IMG/VR virus record: IMGVR_UViG_3300045988_087149
Location: 33,102 to 97,101 of that record
Origin: a virus
DNA: 64,000 bases
Strand: one strand, 5' to 3'
This document shows, piece by piece, positions 1-9,598 of the stretch. How positions within the stretch are numbered: the first letter of the stretch is position 1; each line of letters begins with the position of its first letter. A program made the position numbers and the translations under genes. Below the pieces are notes generated by a model, which did no database searches, was not told the DNA's origin, and saw only the letters and a program-made list of their open reading frames with translations.

Positions 1-1602
1 CGTCTCAGCAAGTCCAATCTGTCCAATAACAATCGTACCATGCTTTAGAGCCGAACGGATGCCTTCTTCTGGTACATATCCATACATGACATTATTCTCA
101 TACATGAATTTAGCCGCTTCTGGGGATTGACTACAAATCCATTCAAATCGCTCTAGTAGCATATCCTTGGCTTCATGGATTTTCTGGTCAAGTAGCTTCA
201 TGAAATGATTGATAAATTCTTCTTTGGAGTGGTACTCGCCATCGCACAAATCTTCTTGTGCTTCCATAGCCAAAGTGGGCATAATGATAGTTACAGGACA
301 AATATTGCCACGACCGTCTTTCATCTGTCCAAATCCGTTAATATCCATACCATTAGCAGTGCGACAACCCATTGTGCTAAAATATGTGCGCGGGTCATTG
401 ACATCATATCCTGCATTATTTGACCAGTCTACGTTGGCATAATTAGGATATAGACGTAGAGACGTGGATTTAAGAGCAAGTCTGAATAGGTCATAGTTTG
501 GTTCGCCCGGATGACGATTTACGCCATTCATACACTGGAAGATGCCACACGGGAAGATACTGGTACGATGTAGCTTTCCAATACCATTGATTGATACGTC
601 AAGCAGTGCCTTGGTAACAAGCCGTCCTTCAGGCAATGTGCAAGTACCGTAGTTGATACTAGTGAAAGGTAGTTGATTCCCTGACCGAGATTGTAGCGTA
701 TTTAGGTTATGATACATGCCTTCAACAGCTTGATAGCATTCCTTAGTAGTCATATCCATCGCATACTGATATGCTCTTGAATCTCTTGACTTATAAAATT
801 CAGACTCGATTGGCTCTTCATTTCCTAATGGAGCATGATAGGTAATTTCTTCACCAACACAATATTTCATGCCATCATACCAGTGTTTAGAAAAGCTCTT
901 TCTCACATAAGGAACCATTGTCCAATCAAGATGTGTAGCGCTTACCCCACCAAACTGCTGTAGGGACTGAAGCTGAAAAATAACTGCTACAAGCTGGAAT
1001 GCAGTGTTAATGCTCTGAGCAGGACGCACATCTGTCTGGCGTGTATTAAACCCATTTGCAAGCAAATCATCAAATGGAATAGACAGACAGTTGTGATTGC
1101 CTACAGCATAGTTGTCTAGGTCATGAATATAGATTTCATTATTTTCATGGTTTGCTCGTGCCATTGGTGAGATAAGATATTCAAGAGCAAACTGCTTCGT
1201 GACAATTCTAGTGGCTTCACCAATGCGCCCACCAAAGCTATGTTCATCTACATTGGCGTTCTGATTCTCAATGTTTTTACCAGACAGCTTTTCGCCAACA
1301 GCATCCATAAGAGCGGCATACTGACTTCGAGCCATTTCATGTAGATGCTTATATTCTACATAAGCTGTAGCCACCTCTTTATACTTGCTTGCCATGAGCT
1401 TTTTAATAACAATATTCTGAATATCCTCAACAGACATATCGCTATTCTTTTCAGCAACATCATCTGCAATACGCTGTGCAAATGAGGTCATTTCGTCTGT
1501 TAAATTATTAGAATATACGCTATTAAATGCTCGGATAACAGCATTTGCGATTTTACTGCTATCAAATTCTACCTTTCTACCATCACGCTTAATTACAAAC
1601 AA
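1..1602 (-). CDS. nrdD: Anaerobic (class III) ribonucleoside-triphosphate reductase, N-terminal ~534 codons; the C-terminus lies beyond the left window edge
   Basis: Absent from the ORF track because it runs off the window. Reverse-strand translation from TTG at 1602-1600 (AAGGAGG upstream) gives LFVIKRDGRKVEFDSSKIANAVIRAF (ATP-cone), NANVDEHSFGGRIGEA, NNEIYIHDLD, LPFTSINYGT, MGCRTANG, and stays open to position 1. Confidence 0.85.
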   Translation of the reverse strand, partial: MFVIKRDGRKVEFDSSKIANAVIRAFNSVYSNNLTDEMTSFAQRIADDVAEKNSDMSVEDIQNIVIKKLMASKYKEVATAYVEYKHLHEMARSQYAALMDAVGEKLSGKNIENQNANVDEHSFGGRIGEATRIVTKQFALEYLISPMARANHENNEIYIHDLDNYAVGNHNCLSIPFDDLLANGFNTRQTDVRPAQSINTAFQLVAVIFQLQSLQQFGGVSATHLDWTMVPYVRKSFSKHWYDGMKYCVGEEITYHAPLGNEEPIESEFYKSRDSRAYQYAMDMTTKECYQAVEGMYHNLNTLQSRSGNQLPFTSINYGTCTLPEGRLVTKALLDVSINGIGKLHRTSIFPCGIFQCMNGVNRHPGEPNYDLFRLALKSTSLRLYPNYANVDWSNNAGYDVNDPRTYFSTMGCRTANGMDINGFGQMKDGRGNICPVTIIMPTLAMEAQEDLCDGEYHSKEEFINHFMKLLDQKIHEAKDMLLERFEWICSQSPEAAKFMYENNVMYGYVPEEGIRSALKHGTIVIGQIGLAET

Positions 1603-1617
1603 TAAATCGTCCTCCTT

Positions 1618-1797
1618 TTAATTCTCCTTAACATGGATAACAATATTTGGCTTATTGGTATCCATATCAATTACTGTGCCAATGTGGTCAACATCATATA
1701 GCTGGTTTCCAATGTGGATGCGCACTCTACTTTCAATGTTACAATGATTCATAAGTGACAGTTCAACCATCGAATCAATAGCATCCATTACAAACAT
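1618..1797 (-). CDS. Small hypothetical protein (59 aa)
   Basis: Below the track cutoff. ATG at 1797-1795 follows AGGAGG by 7 nt. Translates MFVMDAIDSMVELSLMNHCNIESRVRIHIGNQLYDVDHIGTVIDMDTNKPNIVIHVKEN and ends 16 nt before the nrdD start. Confidence 0.35.
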   Translation of the reverse strand: MFVMDAIDSMVELSLMNHCNIESRVRIHIGNQLYDVDHIGTVIDMDTNKPNIVIHVKEN

Positions 1798-1824
1798 TAC
1801 ATTACCTCCTTGTCATATATATTA

Positions 1825-2031
1825 TCACGATTCTGTTGATTTGTCAAGCAATTTCTTTAATCTCTTTAAACATTCTGGACAAAGCCAAAATTTAGCTTTA
1901 CTATCATACGCGATTGCAGAGTTAAACTCATATGCACCGCATACTGAGCATATTCTTGCTGGCGCACCACAAATCTCGCTTACTGGAACAGACGATTTGA
2001 AAGTACATTCTTTTAGTTCATGGTGGTTCAT
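1825..2031 (-). CDS. Small zinc-ribbon-like protein (68 aa)
   Basis: ORF track. Two Cys pairs (CSVCG ... CPEC). 4-nt overlap with the upstream ORF. Confidence 0.5.
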   Translation of the reverse strand: MNHHELKECTFKSSVPVSEICGAPARICSVCGAYEFNSAIAYDSKAKFWLCPECLKRLKKLLDKSTES

Positions 2032-2381
2032 TTTTCATCCTCCTTCTCCATCAATTTATTCACAGCATCAACAAGTTCGTTGATTTTATTCAAAATATCG
2101 TCGCTTACTGTTCGCACAAGATGATTGTCCGATTTGATTGCATTGGCAAAAATATGCCTGTTGCAATCACTGATTGGCTCAATCTTCTTCTTTTCTTTCT
2201 TAGTGAAATCATATGCACCAATACGAACAAAATATCTATCTTCTTGTGGCAAATAATAGCCACAGCTATTATTGTTCTTATCGACAATTACAATATAGTT
2301 ATTATCTTTAATGTCAGAAATCCAACCAACAAAGCCACCTACTGTCTCAACATAATCTCCTACATGAAATTCATAATTCAT
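2028..2381 (-). CDS. Hypothetical protein (117 aa)
   Basis: ORF track. Its ATG directly abuts the stop of the upstream ORF. Confidence 0.5.
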   Translation of the reverse strand: MNYEFHVGDYVETVGGFVGWISDIKDNNYIVIVDKNNNSCGYYLPQEDRYFVRIGAYDFTKKEKKKIEPISDCNRHIFANAIKSDNHLVRTVSDDILNKINELVDAVNKLMEKEDEK

Positions 2382-2702
2382 TTAGTCATCGTCCTCCTTT
2401 TCACATCTTTCACCAAGACCACCTAAAATCATAGCATAAATTTCTAAGAATTTATTGGTAATACCAGTGGTAATATTAGCCATATTAGCCATTGTTCCAT
2501 CATCTTTTGACCAATCCCAACCATGCCATGCACATTCACTCTGCCAGTAATCAAGATAGAAAATCTTGTCATCATATAGCTTTTCGATGATTGGCTTTAG
2601 ATCAAGTAGATTATCTCGCACACCTGTCATAGTAACAGGCTTATAACCATTATCGTCAATCAGCTTGTTAATTTTGTCAGCAGAATAAGCAAATGGGTTC
2701 AT
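2382..2702 (-). CDS. Hypothetical protein (106 aa)
   Basis: ORF track. 4-nt overlap with the helicase ORF stop. Confidence 0.5.
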   Translation of the reverse strand: MNPFAYSADKINKLIDDNGYKPVTMTGVRDNLLDLKPIIEKLYDDKIFYLDYWQSECAWHGWDWSKDDGTMANMANITTGITNKFLEIYAMILGGLGERCEKEDDD

Positions 2703-4852
2703 TTAATTAACATCTCCTTTAATTCAGTTAATCTATTTTTCTCCTCTTGCACCTTTAATCCCTCTTGAATAGCCGCCTCATCTCCAATCAATATTAGTCG
2801 CTCTTGTGCGCGTGATACCGCTGTATAGCACAAATTACGGCTTAGCATCTTCACATGGCTTCTATCAATCACCACAATTACAGCCTTTGCTTGGCTACCT
2901 TGGCAGCTATGAATAGAAATTGCATATGCCAGCAACGTGTTTTTGATATGCGCCTTGTCAACGATGCAATCGCCGCAATCATATCGCACAATCATATATG
3001 GCTCTTTTTCATCAGGCACAATTTCCATCACTGTGCCAATATCACCATTTGCTACAAAAGCCGTATTATCATCAACAAGCGGCATAGCATAGTCATTCTT
3101 TTTATTGATTACCTTATCGCCCACCTTGAAATAGATAGGCGTATCATTGACAGTATGCCCAACCTTGCTTAATTCATTTGAATTGAATTTGGCTTGAATC
3201 GCCGCATTGATAGCCAATGAGCCAACATCGCCCTTATTGAATGGTGATAGAATCAGCACATTATCCTTACTATATCCATCTGCTAATAGCCGCGCATACT
3301 CTTGTTCAATTTGCTTGATTACTAATGTATCAGTTTCAACGAACTTATAATCTGTGAAAGTATCTGTAAGATGGTCATTTACTCCATTTCGTACATCAGT
3401 AGCTATGGTAATAATGCCAGATGTGTTATATCTGAACACCTTAGTCAAGTTACATACAGGAACGATGCCGCTATCAAGCATATCTTCAACAATGTTGCCA
3501 CAAGCAATAGATGCAAGCTGAGATGGGTCGGCTATGAAGATAATCTTTGTGCGATCAGTTACTTGGTCAAATAACATTGATAGCAAATGGACGCTAACCA
3601 TGCCCATCTCATCAATTAGCACATAATCGCCTAGATTATCGCCACAAGTCAAGAACATATGAATCGTGCTTGCTTCACGACCCGTTGCTTCTCTTAGTCT
3701 CTTTGCCGCAATTCCAGTTGGGGATAAGAGGGTATAAGTATAATTATTGGCTTCTAGCATCTCAATGATTGCCTTGGTTGTAGCCGATTTGCCCGACCCG
3801 GCGCTCCCCGTTAACATCATTACATCCTGCTTACAAGCCATCTCAAGAATCTGCGCTTGTTCATCAGTCAGCTCTAAGCCGTCTACATTTGTAAACTTCT
3901 GCCAATCCATAGGATAATAATGTGGATTGGCTATTTTTTTCTTGATAACATCAGCAATATGCTGTTCAGCACTATATGTGGCTTGTAGAGACGTATTTTG
4001 GCTAGACGCGTCATAGTGTACTTGTGCCGCTTTCGTCACAACATCGAGGAGATGATGGACGCATTGAGGGGCTTTGCGCTTGACCATATCAAACAGCATT
4101 TTGGCTTGCATCCTTGTATTGCCGTCTAGCTCATTATGCTTTAGGGCAGATATAGTAGCCGCCTCACATCGTTCATAGCTATCTAGCCATTGACACGTCT
4201 TTTTGGTTATGGCTCTATCAGCCCTATCAAATGACCACTCAAGCAAGTTAATCATAACAGCATATGGATTGGCGTTTATATCCTTGCTAAACCCATATAC
4301 ATTTTTATATGTCGCGGCGATTTTGTTTATGTCCTCATCATGCTCAATGCCCCAAGCATATGTTTCGCCCATAAATTCAACACGCTTATTGATTGTCTTG
4401 ATTTTATCAATATATCGGGGCAATAGCACTTTGCCTACGCCACGAATTTTTTTATAGTCCAGCTTGTCGGCTTCACCATTTAGCACCATACTGACAAAAT
4501 GAGAATATGCGGCATGACATGATTCAGCTTGCCCATTGGTCATTAAGCTGCGTAATGTCTGCAATTCTGCTTTTTCTGTCAGGTTGAATTTTCCATCTTT
4601 AGCTACAAATCCAGCAAAGCCAATGAATTTATAGCTATATTTGTATTTATCATCCACACATGGCTCTATGATACAATCAATAGATTGCCCCATTTTCAGA
4701 TCGGCAATACCAGTTCCTTTTAGGCTGATTGTACCATATTTAGGATGGGTTTCTATTGTTTCGTCCTTAGTGCTGCATGATATAATCGAGAAATTGGATT
4801 CAGGATTATTGAATATCATGCGCATTGGGGTTAATTTTACTGTTTGCATCAA
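2699..4852 (-). CDS. RecD/Dda-like SF1 DNA helicase (717 aa)
   Basis: Walker A LTGSAGSGKSATT, IDEMGMV (Walker B-like), and C-terminal SIHSCQGSQAKAVIVVI ... YTAVSRAQERLILIG, typical of the RecD/TraA helicase family. Confidence 0.8.
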   Translation of the reverse strand: MMQTVKLTPMRMIFNNPESNFSIISCSTKDETIETHPKYGTISLKGTGIADLKMGQSIDCIIEPCVDDKYKYSYKFIGFAGFVAKDGKFNLTEKAELQTLRSLMTNGQAESCHAAYSHFVSMVLNGEADKLDYKKIRGVGKVLLPRYIDKIKTINKRVEFMGETYAWGIEHDEDINKIAATYKNVYGFSKDINANPYAVMINLLEWSFDRADRAITKKTCQWLDSYERCEAATISALKHNELDGNTRMQAKMLFDMVKRKAPQCVHHLLDVVTKAAQVHYDASSQNTSLQATYSAEQHIADVIKKKIANPHYYPMDWQKFTNVDGLELTDEQAQILEMACKQDVMMLTGSAGSGKSATTKAIIEMLEANNYTYTLLSPTGIAAKRLREATGREASTIHMFLTCGDNLGDYVLIDEMGMVSVHLLSMLFDQVTDRTKIIFIADPSQLASIACGNIVEDMLDSGIVPVCNLTKVFRYNTSGIITIATDVRNGVNDHLTDTFTDYKFVETDTLVIKQIEQEYARLLADGYSKDNVLILSPFNKGDVGSLAINAAIQAKFNSNELSKVGHTVNDTPIYFKVGDKVINKKNDYAMPLVDDNTAFVANGDIGTVMEIVPDEKEPYMIVRYDCGDCIVDKAHIKNTLLAYAISIHSCQGSQAKAVIVVIDRSHVKMLSRNLCYTAVSRAQERLILIGDEAAIQEGLKVQEEKNRLTELKEMLIK

Positions 4853-5109
4853 TCCTGTTCCTCAACGAGCAGTTGTTCCCATCTATCAATAATAATCTCT
4901 ATCAGCTTAGTTGCACCAAATGCTGGTTCCCAGCCCTCATTATACATTGCTTCAAACCCAGTGCAATCGACAAATGTAATCCAACGATATTTGCTTGTTG
5001 CCACCTTAAATTCACTACTACCTGTTACGCTTACATTTGCTTTTAGCAAGCTATTACAGATATAACATACAGCATCAAGCCATGCCTCATAGGTCAATAC
5101 GTCTTGCAT
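4849..5109 (-). CDS. Hypothetical protein (86 aa)
   Basis: ORF track. Overlaps or abuts neighbours on the same strand. Confidence 0.5.
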   Translation of the reverse strand: MQDVLTYEAWLDAVCYICNSLLKANVSVTGSSEFKVATSKYRWITFVDCTGFEAMYNEGWEPAFGATKLIEIIIDRWEQLLVEEQD

Positions 5110-5358
5110 TTATGATTCCCTCCAAGCGTCATAGATTTCAATGGCCGGTTCATAGCCTTCAGTGCTGATAATAAGCTCCTGATGAAGGTCGAGACTCAAA
5201 TTGACAAGTTGCTTCAAAGAATTGATATGAATATACGTTCTGATATTTCTGCACTTATCTTGCTTTTCATCCAATTCATATTCATTGAGCACGGGATAAT
5301 TCTTTCTAAGATCATTAAGCGTGGGATAAGATTCAGTTTGATGAATCCAGATTTTCAT
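5110..5358 (-). CDS. Hypothetical protein (82 aa)
   Basis: ORF track. AGGAGG upstream; first gene after the promoter at 5392-5420. Confidence 0.5.
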   Translation of the reverse strand: MKIWIHQTESYPTLNDLRKNYPVLNEYELDEKQDKCRNIRTYIHINSLKQLVNLSLDLHQELIISTEGYEPAIEIYDAWRES

Positions 5359-5391
5359 AATTAAAACAACCTCCTGTTCTTTGATAAATCA

Positions 5392-5420
5392 AGTATATCA
5401 TAGAATTAGGAGGTTGTCAA
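5392..5420 (-). promoter_or_regulatory. Sigma70-type promoter, TTGACA-17-TATACT with TG extended -10
   Basis: Reverse complement reads TTGACAacctcctaattctatgaTATACT. Confidence 0.6.
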
Positions 5421-5440
5421 TACCCTATTTTAATTATTTT

Positions 5441-6259
5441 TTATTTCCAATTCGTGCCAATTTTCCCGTCTGGATGAATGATAATATTTGAATATCCGTC
5501 TCCATATTCGTTGTGTCGTTGTTGCCACATATCACCTAATGTAACCCTTGCGTGTTTTCCATTATAGTCAAATGTTGCATATACAAAGAAATCACCAATG
5601 CGGAACGTATGTATGTCAATATCGTCATCGTTTTGTAAGTCGTTCCAAATCTCTATTGGATAATCTTTCTTTTCCAAGCCACTTAGGAAACGGAATGAGA
5701 AATTATTTGCATCCATTTTCATATATTCTTTGATACTTGTAATTGTTGGGTTGTCCATTATAGTCTGCACTGTGCATCCGGGGAATTTTGATGGGTTGCT
5801 TGACACATAATCATTTCGAGATAGGTTGATATGCGCCAGTCCGTTCAAATCAGCATTAAATCCAGCGGTGTTAATCGAACAAAATGTATTATTGCTATTT
5901 TCGGCATATATTTTTACTACATTTTCAATGTGTTCTGGGTAAAGACCGGGTTCGCCACCAGTTATTGTCAATCTTGCATTGGGATGTTCTGCTAATACTT
6001 GTTTTAGCGCTTCGATTTGCGCATTAAAATCATTGTTCCCAGACATTGGATTTTGTCGCTCTAAACAAAACGGGCAATGGAACGGACATTCTTGCGTTAC
6101 AATCATTTGGACGTTGATTCGATAATATAGCGGGATTCCCAGTAATGTACGCGCAGTTCTAGTTGCAATCCGATATTGTAAATCATCGTTCATTTCAGTT
6201 CTGATGTCATCATAAGAAAATATGCGCGGAATATAGCTTAATTTTCTACTCATATACAA
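5441..6259 (-). CDS. Radical SAM enzyme of unknown specificity (272 aa)
   Basis: CxxxCxxC cluster motif in VTQECPFHCPFCLERQ, followed by LTITGGEPGLYPEH (GGEP SAM-binding block). Confidence 0.75.
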   Translation of the reverse strand: MYMSRKLSYIPRIFSYDDIRTEMNDDLQYRIATRTARTLLGIPLYYRINVQMIVTQECPFHCPFCLERQNPMSGNNDFNAQIEALKQVLAEHPNARLTITGGEPGLYPEHIENVVKIYAENSNNTFCSINTAGFNADLNGLAHINLSRNDYVSSNPSKFPGCTVQTIMDNPTITSIKEYMKMDANNFSFRFLSGLEKKDYPIEIWNDLQNDDDIDIHTFRIGDFFVYATFDYNGKHARVTLGDMWQQRHNEYGDGYSNIIIHPDGKIGTNWK

Positions 6260-6303
6260 TCACCACTTTCATAATTTAGTATTTTCCTCTTGATTGTATT
6301 ATA

Positions 6304-6495
6304 TCACATATTGTTCTGTCTGTCAATCATTTTCTTTAATTCTGCAAACAGCTCTTTACCACAAATAGGGCAAGTAGAATTTATGTCAACTATATATTTT
6401 TCATCTACCATTAAGCCGCAATTTGGGCATTTGACAGGAGCATATTTTAGGGGATGCTCAGTCCGTTTGCGACGATTTCTTTCTGCTCTGCTCAA
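6304..6495 (-). CDS. Small zinc-ribbon protein (63 aa), TTG start
   Basis: ORF track. CPNCG ... CPICG. GGAGAAGGAAG upstream of the TTG. Overlaps the 3' end of the upstream gene by 38 nt. Confidence 0.4.
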   Translation of the reverse strand: MSRAERNRRKRTEHPLKYAPVKCPNCGLMVDEKYIVDINSTCPICGKELFAELKKMIDRQNNM

Positions 6496-7555
6496 TTTCT
6501 TCCTTCTCCTTATATTTTACTCTATATTCATCTCGTTTGGCTTCATCGCCATCATTCCACCATTTGACATTAATATAGTCTAACACTTTAGCCATGCCAA
6601 GTCCTTTATCAGGAATCCACATACCAGAATCATCATATTTGCCACCACGCATACAGTAGTCGTAGAGTTGAGGGTGGGTATGAGCTAATGTTTGAAATTT
6701 GTTAGGCTCTTTTTCAAGGTGACAACCGAACCCACAAAAGATACAACCTGTACGCTTTTGTTTGGTTGTAGTATATACACCATCCTTTTCTACAATATCA
6801 CCATAGATTTCTTTGACATAGGGGATATTATATTTGACGATATAATGTAATATATCTGATTTAGTCCAAAACGATAATGGATTGCTGGTTGGTCTATCCT
6901 TGTCAAATGCGTTACAACCAAACTTGAGCCAATTCGATTCACGTTGAGCGCTCTCGTCTGTCATAGTGCCGATAAATGGATGTAAACCAGTTTCATGCTC
7001 AAATCGTTTTGATGGATTTTTCTTCATTATATCGCAACATTTATCACTTACTGGAATATAACAAGATGGCTCGATAAACTTGAGCCATTTTTTAGAGATT
7101 TTCCCACGGTTATATTTGTTCCCATTAAGCCGAATTTGCTTTAACCGTTCGCTTTTAGCTGTTCTATATTCTTGAATAAATGCAGCTTGCTCTTTACTGA
7201 TAATGGGATAACCATATTTTTCAATGACCTTAGCAAATGATACATGATGCCATATCTTCATTTTTCTATCGTAGAGCGCTGGCTTTAATACAATAACATT
7301 TGGCTTATCCATGATGAAATCGCGTAATTCAGGATATTCAAGCCCTGTATCGCAATAGACATCTGGAACATCTGGATATAATGAATGAACAAGATGACTA
7401 AGGACGGTAGAATCAACACCACCTGAGTTTGAAATATATACATCTCCGTTCCAATGCTCATACCATTCTTTGATTCGTTGTTTAGACGCAATAATCTTTG
7501 CCTCTAGCGGCAATGCTTGCTTTTGTCGCAAATCGCCAATGGTCATTTTACTCAT
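6458..7555 (-). CDS. PAPS reductase / PP-loop ATP pyrophosphatase family protein with a Cys-rich C-terminal part (365 aa)
   Basis: PP-loop SNSGGVDSTVLSHLV. Later CCDIMKK and TGCIFCGFGCH, as in phage PAPS-reductase-like (DndC/IbrA-type) proteins. Confidence 0.75.
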   Translation of the reverse strand: MSKMTIGDLRQKQALPLEAKIIASKQRIKEWYEHWNGDVYISNSGGVDSTVLSHLVHSLYPDVPDVYCDTGLEYPELRDFIMDKPNVIVLKPALYDRKMKIWHHVSFAKVIEKYGYPIISKEQAAFIQEYRTAKSERLKQIRLNGNKYNRGKISKKWLKFIEPSCYIPVSDKCCDIMKKNPSKRFEHETGLHPFIGTMTDESAQRESNWLKFGCNAFDKDRPTSNPLSFWTKSDILHYIVKYNIPYVKEIYGDIVEKDGVYTTTKQKRTGCIFCGFGCHLEKEPNKFQTLAHTHPQLYDYCMRGGKYDDSGMWIPDKGLGMAKVLDYINVKWWNDGDEAKRDEYRVKYKEKEEIEQSRKKSSQTD

Positions 7556-7561
7556 TTAGAC

Positions 7562-7687
7562 TCATCCCCTCCAACCCCAGCCATCCAAACTATTTGCCAT
7601 ACAAGCAATAGCAGCTACTACGAATAGCGCCCATCTGTTGCTATAACCACGCAGAATCAGTGTGTATAGCACAACAGATGTAACCAT
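7562..7687 (-). CDS. Possible small membrane protein (41 aa)
   Basis: Below the track cutoff. MVTSVVLYTLILRGYSNRWALFVVAAIACMANSLDGWGWRG fills the gap between two genes. Confidence 0.3.
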   Translation of the reverse strand: MVTSVVLYTLILRGYSNRWALFVVAAIACMANSLDGWGWRG

Positions 7688-7719
7688 ACTAATCGCTTTA
7701 GTCCATTTTCTCAGATTAC

Positions 7720-9201
7720 TCAATTAAAATATTCGCTCCAATCAATTTCATTTTCTTTCTTATCAATAATCTCATATCGCTCAATAATAGCTTGAGGTTT
7801 AATCTGTCCATTATATTCATTTAATCCAAGTGATACTACCACCTCTATGGATTTACCTTGAGATGATTCAAATTGGCTTGCTTCTTCATTACTAACAAAG
7901 AATTTGATGAACTCAATGCCGTCCTGAATCAGTTTAACAGTAGTTGAGCGATTACGATAAATATAGATTTGAGGGGATGACAGGACTAGATGGAATAACG
8001 GCTTGTTTACATCCTTGCCCCATAGAATATTATTTTCCACACACACATTTGCAAGATTGTGTGTGATATTATTAGGCTCGATTTGAGCCGCTACCTCAAT
8101 ATCTGGCTCTACATCCAAATCAAGCCCATCTAAAAATCGTGCAAATCGCTTGAGGTTTGATTTCTTGACGGTGATACCGGCTGCGGCATCATGCCCTTGG
8201 CATTTAGCCAATCCTGATTCATTGATAATCTCAAGCAAATCAATAGGACTACGCATCGAGCCAGACCATGTTGTGCTGTTTAGCTCTCTCAGCAGGAATG
8301 TGGGCTTATTATATTTACCACAGAATTTATTGGCTACAAGCCCTAAATAGGATTTATTCTCAGGTTCACCAAAACCGATAATGACCTTATGAGACGTGTC
8401 AAGCCCATCTGACAACTTATCTACGACCTTCTTGACCTGATAATCCTGCTTGGACTTTACAGCTTTCATAGCCTTCACAGCGGCTTCTGGCTCAATCTTG
8501 CCAATTAGAGCATCAAAGAATAAGCGCTTAGTGGACTGGTCATCACTACGAGCCAGCGCATTAGCAAGTGGTGCAATGCCAAATGCTACACCTTCTGGAT
8601 TAACGCCGCGATTGCAACAATGCTCTAAGCAGTATTTGATAAATGGATTAGTTGGATTGGTCAAGCCATCATATACATATTTACGATTCTCAGGTGAATG
8701 TAAGCTGCAAATATCAGATATCAAGCTAACAGCTACTAGGTCTTTGAAGGATTGATTTGAGCCAAGCGCACAAGCAAATTTTTCTACAACGCCTGTGCCG
8801 CTAATGTCTGTATTGATATTTGGCGCATTATCAGCTCGATATGGATTGATTACAACAGCGTGTTTATTCTCTTGTTCGATGATGTGATGGTCAAGAACTA
8901 AACAGGTGCATTTATACTGTTCAAGCTCTAAACAAGCGTCGTTCTCGTTAGAGCTTGAATCGGGCAAGATGAGAAAATCAATGTGAGCATCAATAATATC
9001 TTGCATTAAGTCCTGAATCCCGTGTTGTTTTCCAGAATGGAATAGTACAATCGGCTCTTTCTTTTCAAATTCCTTACATAGCAAATATGCGATTGCCGCT
9101 GATAAGTTGCCATCCCCATCAGAATCGGTAACAATACCAATCTGAATATTATCATTAGCATACTTGAACATATCAACAGCTACATCCATATTCTTATACA
9201 T
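7720..9201 (-). CDS. DHH-family phosphoesterase, RecJ-like single-strand DNA exonuclease (493 aa from the first ATG; the frame stays open up to 9330)
   Basis: DHH motifs IVTDSDGDGNLSAA, LVLDHH and GHDAAAG (DHHA1-like). See the finding on the 5' extension. Confidence 0.75.
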   Translation of the reverse strand: MYKNMDVAVDMFKYANDNIQIGIVTDSDGDGNLSAAIAYLLCKEFEKKEPIVLFHSGKQHGIQDLMQDIIDAHIDFLILPDSSSNENDACLELEQYKCTCLVLDHHIIEQENKHAVVINPYRADNAPNINTDISGTGVVEKFACALGSNQSFKDLVAVSLISDICSLHSPENRKYVYDGLTNPTNPFIKYCLEHCCNRGVNPEGVAFGIAPLANALARSDDQSTKRLFFDALIGKIEPEAAVKAMKAVKSKQDYQVKKVVDKLSDGLDTSHKVIIGFGEPENKSYLGLVANKFCGKYNKPTFLLRELNSTTWSGSMRSPIDLLEIINESGLAKCQGHDAAAGITVKKSNLKRFARFLDGLDLDVEPDIEVAAQIEPNNITHNLANVCVENNILWGKDVNKPLFHLVLSSPQIYIYRNRSTTVKLIQDGIEFIKFFVSNEEASQFESSQGKSIEVVVSLGLNEYNGQIKPQAIIERYEIIDKKENEIDWSEYFN

Positions 9202-9325
9202 CTCAGGCGATTGATATTCAATACTCTCAGGATTTAGATATGCGTCAACATCGGCTATGCTACAAGCAGATAAATATTCCCTTAAAAATGTGGCTTCATT
9301 AATGGAGCCAAGTAGTGAATGAATC

Positions 9326-9598
9326 TTAATCTAAATCACCATCCTTTTCTGGCAGATTAAAATAAGCCCACCAATCGTTAGAAAAATATATTGGCCCAAT
9401 GCCGCCATATTTGCTTTGCCAAGATAGTCTTTCTTCTATTTCATCCGTACCTGTACGCGAATCATGAACCGTGACATCAACCTTTACATATCTGCTTTGC
9501 GCAATATAATCTTGCCCACTGCGCGGTTTATATGTAAGTACCCATTCACCTATTGGAGGTAAATCAGATTCATTTACGACTCTATGCCATTCAATCAT
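9326..9598 (-). CDS. Hypothetical protein, DUF551-like N-terminus (90 aa)
   Basis: ORF track. MIEWHRVVNESDLPPIGEWVLTY resembles the W-x-x-x...P...VL pattern of DUF551 phage proteins (from memory, weak). Confidence 0.45.
   Translation of the reverse strand: MIEWHRVVNESDLPPIGEWVLTYKPRSGQDYIAQSRYVKVDVTVHDSRTGTDEIEERLSWQSKYGGIGPIYFSNDWWAYFNLPEKDGDLD

Noticed and set aside
5441-6259. Calling the radical SAM protein NrdG (class III RNR activase)
   Set aside because: It is 4 kb from nrdD, with seven predicted genes in between. It lacks the NrdG-type N-terminal glycine-rich block, and it has an unrelated C-terminal domain of about 100 aa. I kept it as a generic radical SAM enzyme.
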